Below are positions 37,859 to 51,548 of a DNA stretch of 64,000 nt, piece after piece (position 1 is the first letter of the stretch; each line of letters begins with the position of its first letter). A model generated the notes under the pieces. That model was not told the origin of the DNA. It did no database searches and saw nothing but the letters and a program-made list of their open reading frames with translations. This stretch comes from Psilocybe cubensis (lineage: Eukaryota): contig CM039003.1 in NCBI GenBank assembly GCA_017499595.2, positions 1,488,001 to 1,552,000 on the forward strand, given 5' to 3'. The position numbers and the translations under genes are program-made.

Positions 37859-39084
37859 GGCTGGGACCACAGCAATCTGTCACAAGAAAACGTGGAGGAC
37901 ATCAATTCATAAAAATGGACAATGATGGGACCGAAATCCCATCTACCAAAATCCCAATTCACAAAGGAATCCCAATGAATCGTAAATTGGAAACTTGGTG
38001 CTAAGTGGACATCGCTGAGAAATAGTAAATGTTTCACGACTTTATTGATGCATCCAAAATGACTGAAGTAAGATTGAAAGAAGTGAATCAGGGGTTGGAC
38101 AAGGTTCGATGATTAAGGTATTGTGGTGAGCTTGTTTTAGGCGTTATGAATTTGAAAATGAGGCTCAGCTAAGACCTGGTATGACAGAGACGGAGCCAAT
38201 CGATTAAGTATAAAAGGTAAATTTACAACAGGTAGGGATTTCTGGTGACGTAGGAGCAAATTTTATAGTCTTTGTATCCATTAGCCTGACCAGAGTAGAA
38301 ATCGTTGCCCGCCTACCAACGCAAAAACAATGAGCAAATAAAGAAAGCAACAATTTACGACACTTACTAGGATTGCACTGGCAGCTATTGGCAGTCATTG
38401 CTATCATTCGCCCCATTACCAATACATTTATCAAAATACGGCTTCCAGTAGAGTGATATTGTTGTATTGCGAATTGGGAACCTGCATGGCAGCGTTGTAC
38501 GGAGTTTTGCAGCAGCGGTCAAGTAATAATCCTTGTTAACATATTGGCGTATCCAATGCACAAGAGAAGTTGTCGGGGTGCTCCCAGATCAGCATTTCCC
38601 TGTCGATAGGCGCCTCCGAAATTGACCGCCAAGCCAGGTAGATGTATAGATGCAAGAGAACTGGACTTTCTGCAGGAGTGTATCGCCTTTCCAGAAGATT
38701 TGGAGTATGTAAAAATGACATGCATAGGTATGCTAGCTTCGACTTTGAGCTGGACGCGCATACGAAGATATCTCAAGTTCTAGTGCAGCATCTTGTAGGC
38801 ACTCGATGGAATTGTGCAGCATTTCAACGCGCTTTGTAGTGCCCAATCCAGTCGATGACGGCGTTGAATAAGATGAGTGCGATGAACAACAGCCTAAAGT
38901 GATTACAAAGCGGGAGTGCAGAACACCGTTCACGTTGTGTACCGTGACGGCCAAAAATAACCGGGGTGGTCATACAGAGCGAACCTACGTGTCTCCCTGC
39001 TGGACTCTCATTATTTATTGCTGGTGCTCGCTGTCAGTCTAGTCCGCCTTTGCTTGTTGTCATCAGCAGCGCTGGCGACTCAGC

Positions 39085-42072
39085 ATGCTCTCAGTGCTTC
39101 CTGTTTCTCTCCTTCTTTTACTCTTCGCCTCCCCAGTGTTCTCAGTTCAACCAACATCATCTTATGACTCCTTCAGGGCGTTGTCATTGCAGAAGCCACA
39201 ACAGCCAGACAATCCCATATGTTGCTTGAAACCATTGACGCCGTTGGAGCCTGTCGATGATGGCATTTTGCTCTCGTTTGAAGAGTGGAAAATGAAACAA
39301 TTGGCAACCCAGAGTGCCGGATTCACCACAGGAACGTTCGATAAGGACGCGAATATAGGTTCTCCACAAGTGGGAGATGGGGTTCCTGCCAATGATGTGG
39401 GTAGTACTGGCAGTGAGTCTACTGTCCCACCCGTCGACACTCCAGCACCTTCCGGCTTCAACAGTCCGGATCAAGTGCCTTCGGGCCCTCACTTCAGAGT
39501 TCCTTTGACGGATAGATTCAATTATGCAAGTTTGGACTGTTCCGCGCGCGTACACACGGCCCATCGCTCAGCAAAATCTCCGTCAGCTATACTTTCGTCA
39601 AAGCGAGACCGATACATGCTTAGCCCCTGTGACAAGTCCAAGGAAAACCAATTCGTTGTGGTTGAACTCTGTGACGACATTCGCATTGATACAGTCCAAC
39701 TTGCCAACTTCGAATTCTTCAGTGGGGTGTTCAAGGATTTCACTGTTAGTGTGGCCAAAAACTATGACCCAGATGGCTGGACACCTGTTGCGACATACAG
39801 AGCTAAGAATGTCAGAGGTGTGCAGTCGTTCCATCCTCCTCGGTCATTGAGGGATTTCTATCGTTTCATACGCATTGACTTCCTGTCTAACTACGGAAAC
39901 GAGTTTTATTGCCCCGTTTCCCTTCTCCGCGTATACGGGCTCACTCATCTCGAGGAATGGAAGTGGGATGTTTGGGAATTGGAGAGTAAATCGAAGCAGG
40001 AAGAACTAAAACGAAAGAGACAGCGTGTCATCGAACCGATTGCCATTCCAGAACCAATCGTCGTGCCTCACACCGCCGAATCAAGTATAAACACCAGCAA
40101 TCGCGTTGCCTCAACAGCTGAGGATATCGAAAAAATCACGACGCCTCCGGTCAACGCTGATGCGGAACGCACTGCAGACACCCCTCCTCCAACCCAATCG
40201 CAAATTCAGAATACTTCCAATATTTTATCAAGCCAGCACTCTTATCGCGATTCAACATCCCCCACAGGAAACGATTATCATAAATCCATACCATCTCAAA
40301 AGGCAAATGACGACCTATTTACGCAAACGGCAGAAACACCTGTACCATCACCCATATCCTCTTCTATACCATCTGCGTCTGATGCCAATCGTCAAACGCA
40401 ACATATACCACCTTCCATGCCTGAATCTTCATCTACCGGAACATCGCTATCGTCACCTCCATCGCAAGCTAATAACAATGTACAATATACTGTAGCATCC
40501 TCATCATCTGACTCTTCTTCTGGAACACCGATTATCATCACCTCTGGTACCCCATCCAGTGCGATCATCCCTTCCCCTCCTATGTCATCTCACCTGGCCG
40601 TCAAAGGTGGTGAAAATATCTATCGTACAATCATGAATAGGTTGGCGGAAGTTGAACTCAATCAAACTCTTTACGTGCGGTATATTGAGCAGCAGAATCT
40701 TGCCGTTAGGGAAGCCATCAAACGGTTGGGAGAGGATGTAGGCCGATTAGAAGGAATAGTGAGTTATCTAAATTATTGGAAAGATCCCGTATACCTGAAC
40801 CATTTTTCGATAGAGTCGAGCCCAATCCCTGACATACCAACGAACACTCGCTGAATGGGAAAAGCAGAGATATCAACTGGAAATGGAGTACGGAGATCTA
40901 GTATCTAGAATTGAATATTTATCGCAAGAGGTAAATTTGGTTTTCGTTCTTTAATTCAAACGCTGTTTCACTGACATATTCAATTCAAGATCATTTTGGA
41001 AAAAAGACTAGGCGTCGCACAACTGTGTCTGCTTCTAGCAGTCCTTATATTCCTAGGGCTTACTCGAGGTTCGAGAGCGGAAGCGATCATTGATCACGGG
41101 TCGCACAGACTGAACCAATCTGTGAGAGAATGGGGGAAACGCCATTTCAAGCTCAGCGGTGATTGGGCAGGACGGTTCAAAGGAAAGGATGCTGTTAATA
41201 CAGAGAAACAAAGCAGCTCAAGTCGAAGTCGAAGTCGAAGTCGAAGTCGAAGTACAACCAGTCGAAGTCAAACACCAATGCCGAGTTCAAGGCCCAAACC
41301 TGTGTCGGTCAAATCATACCCGCCCCACTTGCCTTTACATCTGCAAGGTTCGTGTAATAAATCCAGTGTGGATCATTAACTAATTCATGTATCATCAGAC
41401 GACAACGATACCATGATTACATTCCCGTCAACATCGCGCCAATACAGACACAAAGAGCCTCTTGAAACGATACATCTTAACACTGCTCCTGCATTTTCAG
41501 AGAATCAAAATCGACCTCGTAAAACTTCGAACCCCCGATCTCGTGCCCCCTCATTGCGGTCGACGCCTGCTAGTCGTCGGAATTACGTGGTCCATGCAAA
41601 GGTTACAACACCAACAGTAGCCAGCTTCCGCCCACAAATGTTGCAACGTTCCAGTTCGCATGGAGTAGCCATGGCACAAACGGGGTCTTGGGGCTCAATG
41701 AGTGTACCCAAAAGCGCCAAAAAGTGGGCAAGAACAGCACATTTGCATGAGGTGAAGACTCCTCGAGTTCTATTTCCCCCCACCACCTCAGCTTTGGCTG
41801 CGCGGCGGTCGAAAAAAATGGGAGATGATATCAGTCCGACGCGACATAACCGAGATCAAGAACGAACTCCGAGAGACGCAGGGTCGGATAGGGAGAATGA
41901 AGGTTTCTTTTCGTTTGCGACCAAGCAGGCGGTTAATGGAAAGCAGCCAGTTGCTGGCTCGATGCCCCCGCCTGATAGTAGTCTTCTGTTCGCTAAGGCA
42001 GAGGATGATGGAGATCCATGGGTGGATAGTGATACTACTAGCATCGATGGGACAGAAGGGTTTGGTGTATAG
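39085..42072 (+). CDS. SLP1: Mid-SUN domain ER membrane protein (Slp1/SUCO-like)
   Basis: Signal peptide; LSFEEWK; RFNYASLDCSARV...ILSSKRDRYMLSPC...VVVELCDDIRIDTVQLANFEFFSG...YGNEFYCPVSLLRVYG; ENIYRTIMNRL coiled coil; TM LGVAQLCLLLAVLIFLGL. Confidence 0.92.
41221..41253 (+). repeat. (AGTCGA)5 coding hexamer repeat encoding Ser-Arg dipeptides
   Basis: agtcgaagtcgaagtcgaagtcgaagtcgaagt within the Slp1-like C-terminal exon. Confidence 0.9.
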
Positions 42073-43064
42073 TTTGAACATGGATGTTTCCATTTTCCGT
42101 TCTTCCTCAACCCCTTCGGCGCATTTCATCAATGCTGACGAGTTATCCATACACGTCTACTGTCTGGTGCATGTTCAAGGCTGTCTTGATTCAAATCCGA
42201 ACCAGACACGTTGACTTTTTGTCGGATATCAGTCCAACATACATACGACTGAGTATCATATGAGACCCTCGCAATAGGTGTTGGATCCTTATCCAGTCTA
42301 TTAATGGCACTCTCCGTGTCGATTCATGTGCGGATGGGTAACATGACGGACTCTTATGTCCACTCAACATCCTAGCATTTTGTTATCTCGCTCTCCCTAT
42401 TGTCCGACGATATGTCCATACTCATTCCAATTTATGTTTGGGGTATCGGCGCTACTTCAATATCTAATGTGATCCATTGATGGCGTCGTAGTTGTAGATA
42501 CCTAGTGGTCTTGTATGCAAATCATCATGTGTACTTTCGCCCCGAAATGATGTGCACTCGCCAAGACAAGTTCTTTCTCAAAACCTTCATGATTTATGAT
42601 GATGTTGGCAGAATTTGTGAACTCGTACAGGTGAGTCTATTAAACATGACAAGATAACGACATTCTCGGATTGAAAATTTCTCCAGCAACCTTGTAGTTA
42701 TTTTTGTGTTTCTGACCTTCTGACTATGGATAAGCATCGTGTGGGTTCTGGTGCTTCTCCAGGGCTCGAGCAACCATTTGCTGACATCCGTCGTAGCATG
42801 ACCAAATGTTTCTATTGCACGATCAGCTTCGCTTCGCTGTAAACTATGCCTACCTGGCCTTCTCGGCTCCACTCCCCGAACGTGGCTTCATACAATTACT
42901 TACGGTTTGAAGTACGACGCGTTTAGAGTAATAACCGCGTGAAACATGCTAGACTTCGAGCTATAAGTACCTCCGTTCTACTAGGAGGGTCCTTCCATAC
43001 GCTAACTTCGCTTTTGCCACTTCGACAACAATCTCGACGCATCGCGCAGGACTGCATCTCCGAC

Positions 43065-45334
43065 ATGCATACTCTTGCGGTACTTGCACTCTTCTTGAGT
43101 CTTTCTCCAGCGTTCGCGCTGTGGCCCCTCCCTCGTCAAATATCCAAGGGCACCACCGCTCTCAAACTTTCACCAGGGTTCAATATCAAGCTTTCTGGCA
43201 TCAGAAACGCGCCAAAAGACCTCACCGACGCTGTTGCGCGTTCGTCGAACTACCTCCGCAACGACAAGCTCCAGGCACTGGTAGTTGACCGCGGCGCCTC
43301 CTCTGCCCAACGCGTCGCTTCGGCAAAGTCGCTGAAGACATTGACCTTGTCGCTCACCTCTTCAGCCAAGACTGTCAAGAGCATCTCGGAAGACGCTGTT
43401 CTCCCTTTGGAGTCGCGAGTCGAAGGATACACCCTCATTATACCCGCCGATGGCTCAGAGGCGACTTTGACAGCTAATTCCACTCTGGGTCTGTTCAGAG
43501 GTCTGACCACCTTCGAACAAGTGTGGTATGAGTGGAATGGCAACAGTTATACACTGGAAGCCCCTTTCAATATCGAGGACTCTCCTGCATACGTGCGTAC
43601 TATTTGGAGACTCTTCTTTGCTTGAGTCAAATGATTGATTATTTTGCTGCTCTTTTGTGCCTGTAGCCTTACCGCGGATTTATGTTGGACACTGCGAGGA
43701 ATTAGTGCGTAGACACCCTACTAATGAAATTCGCATCAAATTTACCATTTCCTTGTCCTCAGTTTCCCCGTATCGGATATCAAACGCACTCTGGACGCGA
43801 TGAGCTGGGTGAAGGTGAATTTATATTCACCACAAACTCTTTAAAGAGAAAGAAGTCTGATACACTTGTTATCTTAGATTAACACTCTTCACTGGCATAT
43901 CGTAGACTCCCAATCCTTCCCTCTTCAGGTCCCTGGTTTCCTCGAGTTGTCTGAAAAAGGTGCCTACAATGCCCAATCTGTATACACCGCTTCAGACGTG
44001 AAGGGCATTGTCGATTATGCTGCAGCAGTGAGTTTTCAACTGCTAGAGGATTGAAAGATAATCATGACGAATCCTTCATTCAAACAGCGTGGCATTGACG
44101 TTATCGCGGAGATTGACACACCAGGCCATACATCTGCCATCGCGAAGTCATTCCCAGAACATATTGCTTGTCCCGAAGCTTCTCCTTGGACTCAGTTCGC
44201 TAACGGTACATACATTTAATCAAGTTTTCGGTCATTTCAGGTCTTAACAAATTTTTATATTCACAGAACCCCCAGCTGGTCAACTGCGCCTTGCCAATCC
44301 TGATACCGTCAACTTTACAGCGTCGCTCCTCACTTCTGCCGCGTCTCTTTTCCGTTCCAGCTACTTTGGAACTGGAGGGGATGAAATAAATACAAATTGT
44401 TATACTCAGGACAACCAGACCCAAGCAGAGCTTGGTAAGTCTGATGGTTCACGAATAAGTCAAGTACTGACCCTTGATCTAGCTGCCCAAGGCAAAACTC
44501 TAGATCAAGCCTTAGATGAGTTTACTCAAGTCAGTCATAAAGCTCTCAAAGCAGTAGGAAAGACGGCAATGGTCTGGGAAGAAATGCTTCTAGTCCATCC
44601 AGTCAACCTCGCGAACGACACACTTGTTATGTAGGCTGCTCATTCCATCCAGAATCCACGACATTCTACTAAATCTCGGTCCATCTCTCAGGGTTTGGAT
44701 ATCACCCGCGAACGTTGCGTCCGTCGTTCAAAAAGGATATAAGGTCATTCACGCAGCCAACGATTACTTCTACCTGGACTGCGGTCACGGAGGCTGGGTC
44801 GGCCAGAACGTCCTCGGAAATAGTTGGTGTGATCCTTTCAAGACATGGCAGAAGGTATTGTACTTTTGAACATTGGGCCACTCCCTAAGCTGACTTGATG
44901 AATGTAGGCATACTCTTTCGACCCGCTGGCTAACTTGACCAGCGATCAATACCACCTTGTACAAGGAGGTGAGCTAAATCAACTATACACGTCATTCACC
45001 CTTCATTGTTGAATTGACATGATGTGTACACTTCAACCAGGCCAACACTTATTGTGGACCGAACAGTCAAGCCCAGCAAATTTGGACAGCATTGTCTGGC
45101 CCCGCGCCGCTACATCTGCTGAGGTACAATATCAGCGATCCTTTCCCTGATATACTTTTGCTGATAATAAATCATTTTTAGGTCTTTTGGTCAGGACCAG
45201 GGGGTGACGTTGGCGCCGCCCTTCCCCGACTGCATGACATTGCGTATCGCTTCAACCAGAGAGGCGTGCAAGCAATAGCTTTGCAACCAGAATGGTGCGC
45301 GTTGCGTCCTGGTGCATGCGATTTGAATGCTTGA
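43065..45334 (+). CDS. Beta-N-acetylhexosaminidase (GH20), secreted
   Basis: Signal peptide then LWPLP; PYRGFMLDTARN; NTLHWHIVDSQSFP; EIDTPGH; GTGGDE catalytic motif; YLDCGHGGW; LWTEQ; WPRAA; LQPEWCALRPGAC. Confidence 0.96.
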
Positions 45335-45692
45335 TTGGGCGTCGCAAAAGCTGGTTATTACACCTATGGTTAATTTATTCTTATATCCAATATACCTTGT
45401 ATTTGGCTTCGTCGAAGTCAAAAATTATAATTTGTTGGTTTTCGACTGAAGATACGCTTTAGGAAACATGCTGCGCTGAAAATGACAAGGCTTGTCTGTT
45501 GTAGCAGGTTACACATAACTGAATGTGGATAGTAGGACTCGATCCTTTTATCAATAAATTGGGAGATCCACCAGAAAAGAAACGGAAAGGAAAAAGAAGA
45601 TGGAAACATCATCAACATATCTATTGCCAGTCGTGGCACATATTACAGCCATCCATCCATATTTTTAACCAAGGGAGCATCCTGTATTGAGA

Positions 45693-47767
45693 TCACAGGA
45701 GAAGATCATCGTTGCCGGCCGACGATGGTGGTGCAGCAGTGCCAAACCCACCGAACGCAGGCAAGGGAGCAGAACCAACCGGCTTCGCCTGTCCAGATTG
45801 TTGTTGTCCTCCCCAAAGTCCCGCCATCGCTTTCTCCTTTTCTAAATCCTTGATGGACTTACCGGTTCCAGCAGCAGGCTTGGATGTCGTAGTACTTCCC
45901 AGAGAAAGCGACCACAAATCATCGAAATTCGCGCTTTTAGCGGGGGCGGCGGCACCCCCAGCTGGCTTAGGTGACATCGACGAACCAGGGGAGAATCCAG
46001 ATGGCGTAGATTTCATAGGCGCCATAGGTGTGGGTGCCATTGGGGCCGAGAATTGCCCCGGCTGGGAGTATGATGGTGTTTGGCGGTGTCCTCCCATGCC
46101 CATGTTCATTCCGCCCATCCCTGCAGGTGCGCCTCCAGCCATACCCATGCCCATACCCGGATTTATGCCCATGTTCATACCCATACCCATTCCGAACCCA
46201 GTAGACGGTTGTGCAAAACCGGTATTGACAGGTTGCTGTTGCTGCTGTATGGGTGGCGAGGTCGAGTTGAGCATATCCATAAGAGTAGGTTTTTTAGTTG
46301 CGGCAGGGGCAATTGGGGTACTGGCAGCTTGTATAGGTGCAGCTTGTATAGGCGCGGCTTGGAAGTCATTGAAATCGTCATCTTATATTGCCAATTTTTA
46401 GTTTAGTATTGTAAGTGAGAAGACATGACTGACCATCAAGGCCAACACTGGGATTTGAAACGGCCGGGAGAGCTTTGTTCATCGCCAAGGGCGCGGGCGC
46501 GGGTACTGGTGCTCCAAATGTGTCGTCGTCGAGCCCGCCTAGTAAATCTGCAACTGGAGCAGGTGGTGGAGGTGGAGGGGGTGCTGTATTTTTCCTAACG
46601 GGTGTACGAACAGAGCTTGTTCGTACAGGGCTGGGTGTATGTGACACTTCATCATCTCCAGCATTGTATTCCTCAAAGTTGCGACGTGAGCTACCACCGT
46701 AGGAGGAACTACCTCCCATATCCGCACGACTGCTGCTGCCCCCAGCACGATAATCTGTCCACGTGAGCACCGTACAATTATATGACGGGTGTATATTTCC
46801 TCACCATTGCTATAGTTGCCATACGTTGAACTTCCACCTCCGCCGCCCAAGCTGTCACTGCCGAAACCGCCGTAACGTCCACCTCCACTAGACTCGAAGC
46901 TCATGCCATCATTGCCAACGCCAACATACTTGTTTTTGTTGGCCTTTGCCTTGCGGCGCTCCGCCCTAATTTTTTCTACATCTGACAGTAATTCGACCAA
47001 TTCACGAGAACGGTTGCGGACTGTGCAAATGGTTGAGTTGACAGAAAGAGGACTATAGATGATGCAGTCGCTTACCGTTGATACCCTCGTCTTTCCCTTT
47101 GTCATCGATATAATGGAAGTTTCTAAGCATTTTGAGTGTCGATATGTGGGATCGTGCATCATCGACAACCCGTTCCGAGCCATGTTTGATCAAGTATTCA
47201 AGAAGTTGGAGAGCCTGTTGGTAGATTGGAAATGCAACCGTATATCTAGCAAAAGCTAACGCACCTTGTAAATTTGACGCCATTGTCGGGCTTCTTTCTC
47301 CATGAATCGTGAGTAGATGCTGGGCATGATCTCGTTGAAGTATTGGCTACATTTAGGTAGATCAAAATCTGAACGGCTGGCATAAGTAGTAGACTCACAA
47401 ATGAAAAGTTCTGACGTTGATTTTATATTAAAATAAACATCTGTAATAAGTTGGTGCTTGTGCTTACCCTTGAGCGATCTCTTGCATCAGGGTCGAGCTT
47501 GCACCCCTACAACGAAGAATTAATGATCAGTTGACAGGTATGCGTAATGAATGATATACCAAGGATCATCGTTAGTTGCTTCTCTAACTTTTGCCTCCAT
47601 CTCACTGATGTTGAGGACGACGTTCTTCGCCTAAGCTCTACCTCGTCAGCACCGGACTCATAACATTATCTAGAAGCAACAGGAGCACCGACCTGGTTGT
47701 ACATGCTCTTAATATCATAGAGCGTGATATTTTGGAGAGTAGACGACAGGGATTCGAGTTTGTCCAT
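45693..47767 (-). CDS. ENTH-domain epsin-related clathrin adaptor (Ent3/EpsinR-like)
   Basis: LYDIKSMYNQAKNVVLNISEMEAKVREATNDDPWGASSTLMQEIA...WRQIYKALQLLEYLIKHGSERV...DEGINVRNR; DLL, DDFNDF and FDDLW motifs; ends in NDDLLL. Confidence 0.93.
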
Positions 47768-48410
47768 GGCGGCCGACTATTACGCTGACAGGACGGCGAG
47801 GGCTATTAGCTGTGCGTTCTGGTCAACCTTGACCTTGGTACTGACGGTCGCGTTGCTGTCGTGACCATTGTCACTTTAACACTTATCAGACCACGTGCTC
47901 AAAGCATTAGGGGTTAAGCAGCTTCAAGGCTCCGACTCAGACGCAAAGGTTTTCCAACGATTAAGAGAACGTTACATATTCTCTACAAACAGTGAGTATA
48001 TGCGCTCAAAAAATATGATCAGTCAGTTAAAATAAGTACAAAACATATACAATGTGCAACGTTGTAAACAGAGACTGAAATTGCAGGTTTGAGCAAGCCA
48101 ACTTGGGAGGTCTGCATATCTGTTGGTCCCTTCCGTTATTGATGTCCTCATTATTCGCAGAGTACGTGTAAAATAGAAACAAACGGGTATGAAGGACCCG
48201 TCAAGAGGAAGCGATGAAGTGGGTCCATCGAGTTTCGATTTGAGTTTCGATGCGCCGCTGTTACATAAATAGCCTGCTGTTCTCTTCCACCAGAATACTA
48301 CGATTGCTCAAGCGACAAGCATTATCTCCACCTGGCCGCAAACATAGGTAGTTTTTAGCCAGCGGAATGTCCTTAGACATACCGCGGTAGCAACGACCTA
48401 TCATAAAACA

Positions 48411-51400
48411 ATGCTGTTGCTGCGACGGGGGAAAAAAGTCGACAGGGTTGTCGACAATGTACATCCATCTTTGATGGAGCAAAAAATACACCCTAATCTC
48501 GACTCCCTAGCAAAGGAGCTCGAGATGTCTCAAGCACACCGTTACCATCTTCCAGACAGCCAAGAGTTCGGTAGAGAACGTCTCGAAAACGACATGGCGG
48601 GAATTGGAGGGCTCCAACCCAGCACGAGAAGCCGAAAATTACAAAAGGAAGTGCTTTGCATGGTCATGGACAATAGCGGGCCCGTGTCAGATCATTATTC
48701 GCCTGAGGAAGCAAGAGGTGGCCTGGTAGAAGGGCACAGTGGTCTTTCGCATCAGGATCAAAAAGGGCCACAAGAGCAAGATACAATAAAGCATAGCCCT
48801 TCTCAGCATTCGGACAGGATTCATCTAGGAGTCGATTCCTCCCAAGCAGCGACAAAGACCAGCACTATCATGAGATGGTCAACATTCGGTAAACGTCCCG
48901 AATTTGGTGGCCGCAGTACGTCAAGTCTTTCCAGCCTGAGTCAGTCTCAGAGTTTCGCAACGTGCCTCCCATACGCGTCCACATCAAGTATCCATCCCCG
49001 AACGCCCATATCTCAGACAAACTCTTACCACACATCAACACCACATTCCTCTTCCACAGCATCCAATAATCCTGCGATAGAACAAGACATTCCTTCACCA
49101 CACACATTCGGCATGCCTACGCCCCCACAATCGTCTTCCAAAAGCACTTCGTACTTTACTTTCAAGGACGACCCTCCTCCACTGCCGCCGCTAGATCATC
49201 CCGCTTTCCAAGGAGGGTCAAACACAATTAGGGTCGCGGCACACATGCATAAATTTCCCGAATATCCAGAAGTAGATGAACATGGCGCCGTCTTAGGCAA
49301 CTATAGGCGATTCACTAATTCACTCCCGACATCAACACGCCCGAACATTGCCACAGCGTCGATATTTTCAACTCCAAAAGGTATTGTCAAAAAGCAAGCG
49401 AGGCCAAGATCCAAATCAAGTTCAGCGGAGGGAAAGGCAAGAGTAGATAGAGAAAATCCCATCTCAGCTGATCGTTCCCCTCACCCAAGCAAGTTCAAAG
49501 TGCACAGAAGGAACCAGAGCAAGAGCAGCATTGCGAGTAGCAGAAGATCCAGCGCCGAGTACAGTGCGAAACAAGCATCGTCCATAGGACACGAGCAAAT
49601 GGAAGATGGATGTTGGGAGATTCAGGTATCTAAGGAGATGGTCCGACTTGCGCTGGGACTCGAAGGAATACAACAAAGAGTTGTTGAAACAAAACCGTTG
49701 AAGTCGAACAGGTTCAAGACGCGACCCAGTCAAAGCGTGCCTGGCTTTGGTTCCGCATATGGAAGGGCACGAGGCGAAAACGTGAGTTTCTCTTGCACAT
49801 CTAGTGTCACAATATCGCCCCCTCACATCCGCAACCATTCCTTTCATCTTCCTCGTTTTTCTTTATTAATTTTTTTCGCAGTGGACTGGAGAGGCGACGC
49901 GACTGGGCTCTCCCTTTCTTCTGCAAGGTGAGTGCTTGTCTTGTGGCATTTCTACTGTCATTCTTCAAGTCGAATTCCTCAAAGACTCCGGTTGACCTAT
50001 CTTTGCTTTGTGGGAAATTCACAGATACCCTCTCAGATAATTTAACGGATAAGCAAGTATCCAACGACCTTATTGCAAGGCTCGGGTCGACCTCTGGACG
50101 CAGAGTATCGAGCCTAGTCGCAGAAAATTGTTCACGAGACGACGTCATGTCCAATGGAGAATCGAAGATCTCCCCCACTGGCTCTTCAGCAAACAACAAA
50201 ACTAGAAATGAAAAGGAAAGGATGGGAAGCGGGGCTACTTCCTCTGGTTCTCAATCGCGTAAAGGAGGGATCAGAGCAAAAAGTACACCTTCACGAACGC
50301 GGACGCCATCGCCACAGCCTTCAAAGCTTGACACTGGCTCCCGTTTAGGCTCCATTCAAGGCTCTTCTTCGCTTCTCGTACCACCCTCACTATCGGTCAT
50401 CGCTGCTACTCCCGAAGCTTCGCCTGTGTCGCCGTCGCGCAGGACGTACCACAAGTCGACCCCGACCATGCCTACCTCTTCGGTCTTGAAGACGCCAAGC
50501 ACCCCGCCTGTCATTGAAAAGTCACATTCAAGTGGGTCGGCGTCTGGCAAGCGAAAGGCGGATGAAGCAGGTGTGGGTGGCGATAAGACACCGCCCAAGG
50601 AGCCCAAAGAACCTCGCACAACGTTTGCACCTGAACCTCGGAGTACGTCGTATTGCCTTTTACTTTCTTTATTGAAGTTGTGTGCGAACCTGTCATTTAT
50701 ATTTTGATCCCCTTTTCTGGCATTTAGCCCATCGAGCTTCTGGACATTCTGCGACCTCGACACATGCCCCATCGTCATTCAATCGCAGTAAACGAGTGCG
50801 TCTGACTAGTATACCAGACGGTCGGCCAGGTTCTCGGTCGGCCTCGCGCGCTGGCAGTACTCTTCCCACACCCGATGACAGCCCGCCGAATGCCAAGTCC
50901 ACGGGGTCATGGTCTAGCAAAGGAAGTCACGGACCGATGTCAGCGTCGTCCCATGGTTATATTAGTGGTGGACCTCCTCCAGCTCCGTCGGCGAGTTATG
51001 GGTCGCACTTGCATGGTTATCGCGCGCCGTCCAGGCGAAGTCTTTCCCAGGCGTCAATCCCCATATCTGCACTGATTTCTCCTCATGCGCCTTCCATCAG
51101 CCATAGTGGAACATTTCACATGCGGGACCCACGGAAACCAAGTCCAGTTCAGAGCACTCCGTGGTCACTGTCGTTCCCTTCGTACGTACAGGAAGGAGAA
51201 TCGCGGTGGTCGAGGTCGGGATGGGCGGAAAGAGGCGGAAGTCCGCTGCATGCTTGGTTATTTTTCATCGGATTTCTCATTTTCCCTCTTTGGTGGGCCG
51301 CTGCGTTATTTATTCCTATCCCCTCTACGCGACGGCTCGGAGGTACAGATGCGGAGAAAGGTGTAATGCTGGACGATCCTCAGGTTGAACATGGTAAGAG

Positions 51401-51548
51401 ACCTAACCGTTCGTTGCTTGTGTCCGGAATACTAAGAAATAATGTTTCTGTAGATGCCAGGTCATGGCGAACCCGATGTCGTGTCATGGCTATTATCTCT
51501 CTGTTCACTTATATCCCTTTCATCGTCCTCGTCGCAGTCTTTGCGTAA
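48411..51548 (+). CDS. Large S/P-rich uncharacterised protein with two C-terminal TM helices
   Basis: Three long ORFs join through GT-AG introns. The C-terminus has WLFFIGFLIFPLWWAAALFIP and WRTRCRVMAIISLFTYIPFIVLVAVFA. Start codon uncertain. Confidence 0.8.

Noticed and set aside
38204..38954. Short minus-strand ORFs upstream of SLP1
   Set aside because: No consistent spliced model or recognisable motif.
45712..46401. Long antisense ORFs (also 15148-15621, 18875-19585, 2382-2705)
   Set aside because: Shadow frames of codon-biased or low-complexity genes on the opposite strand.
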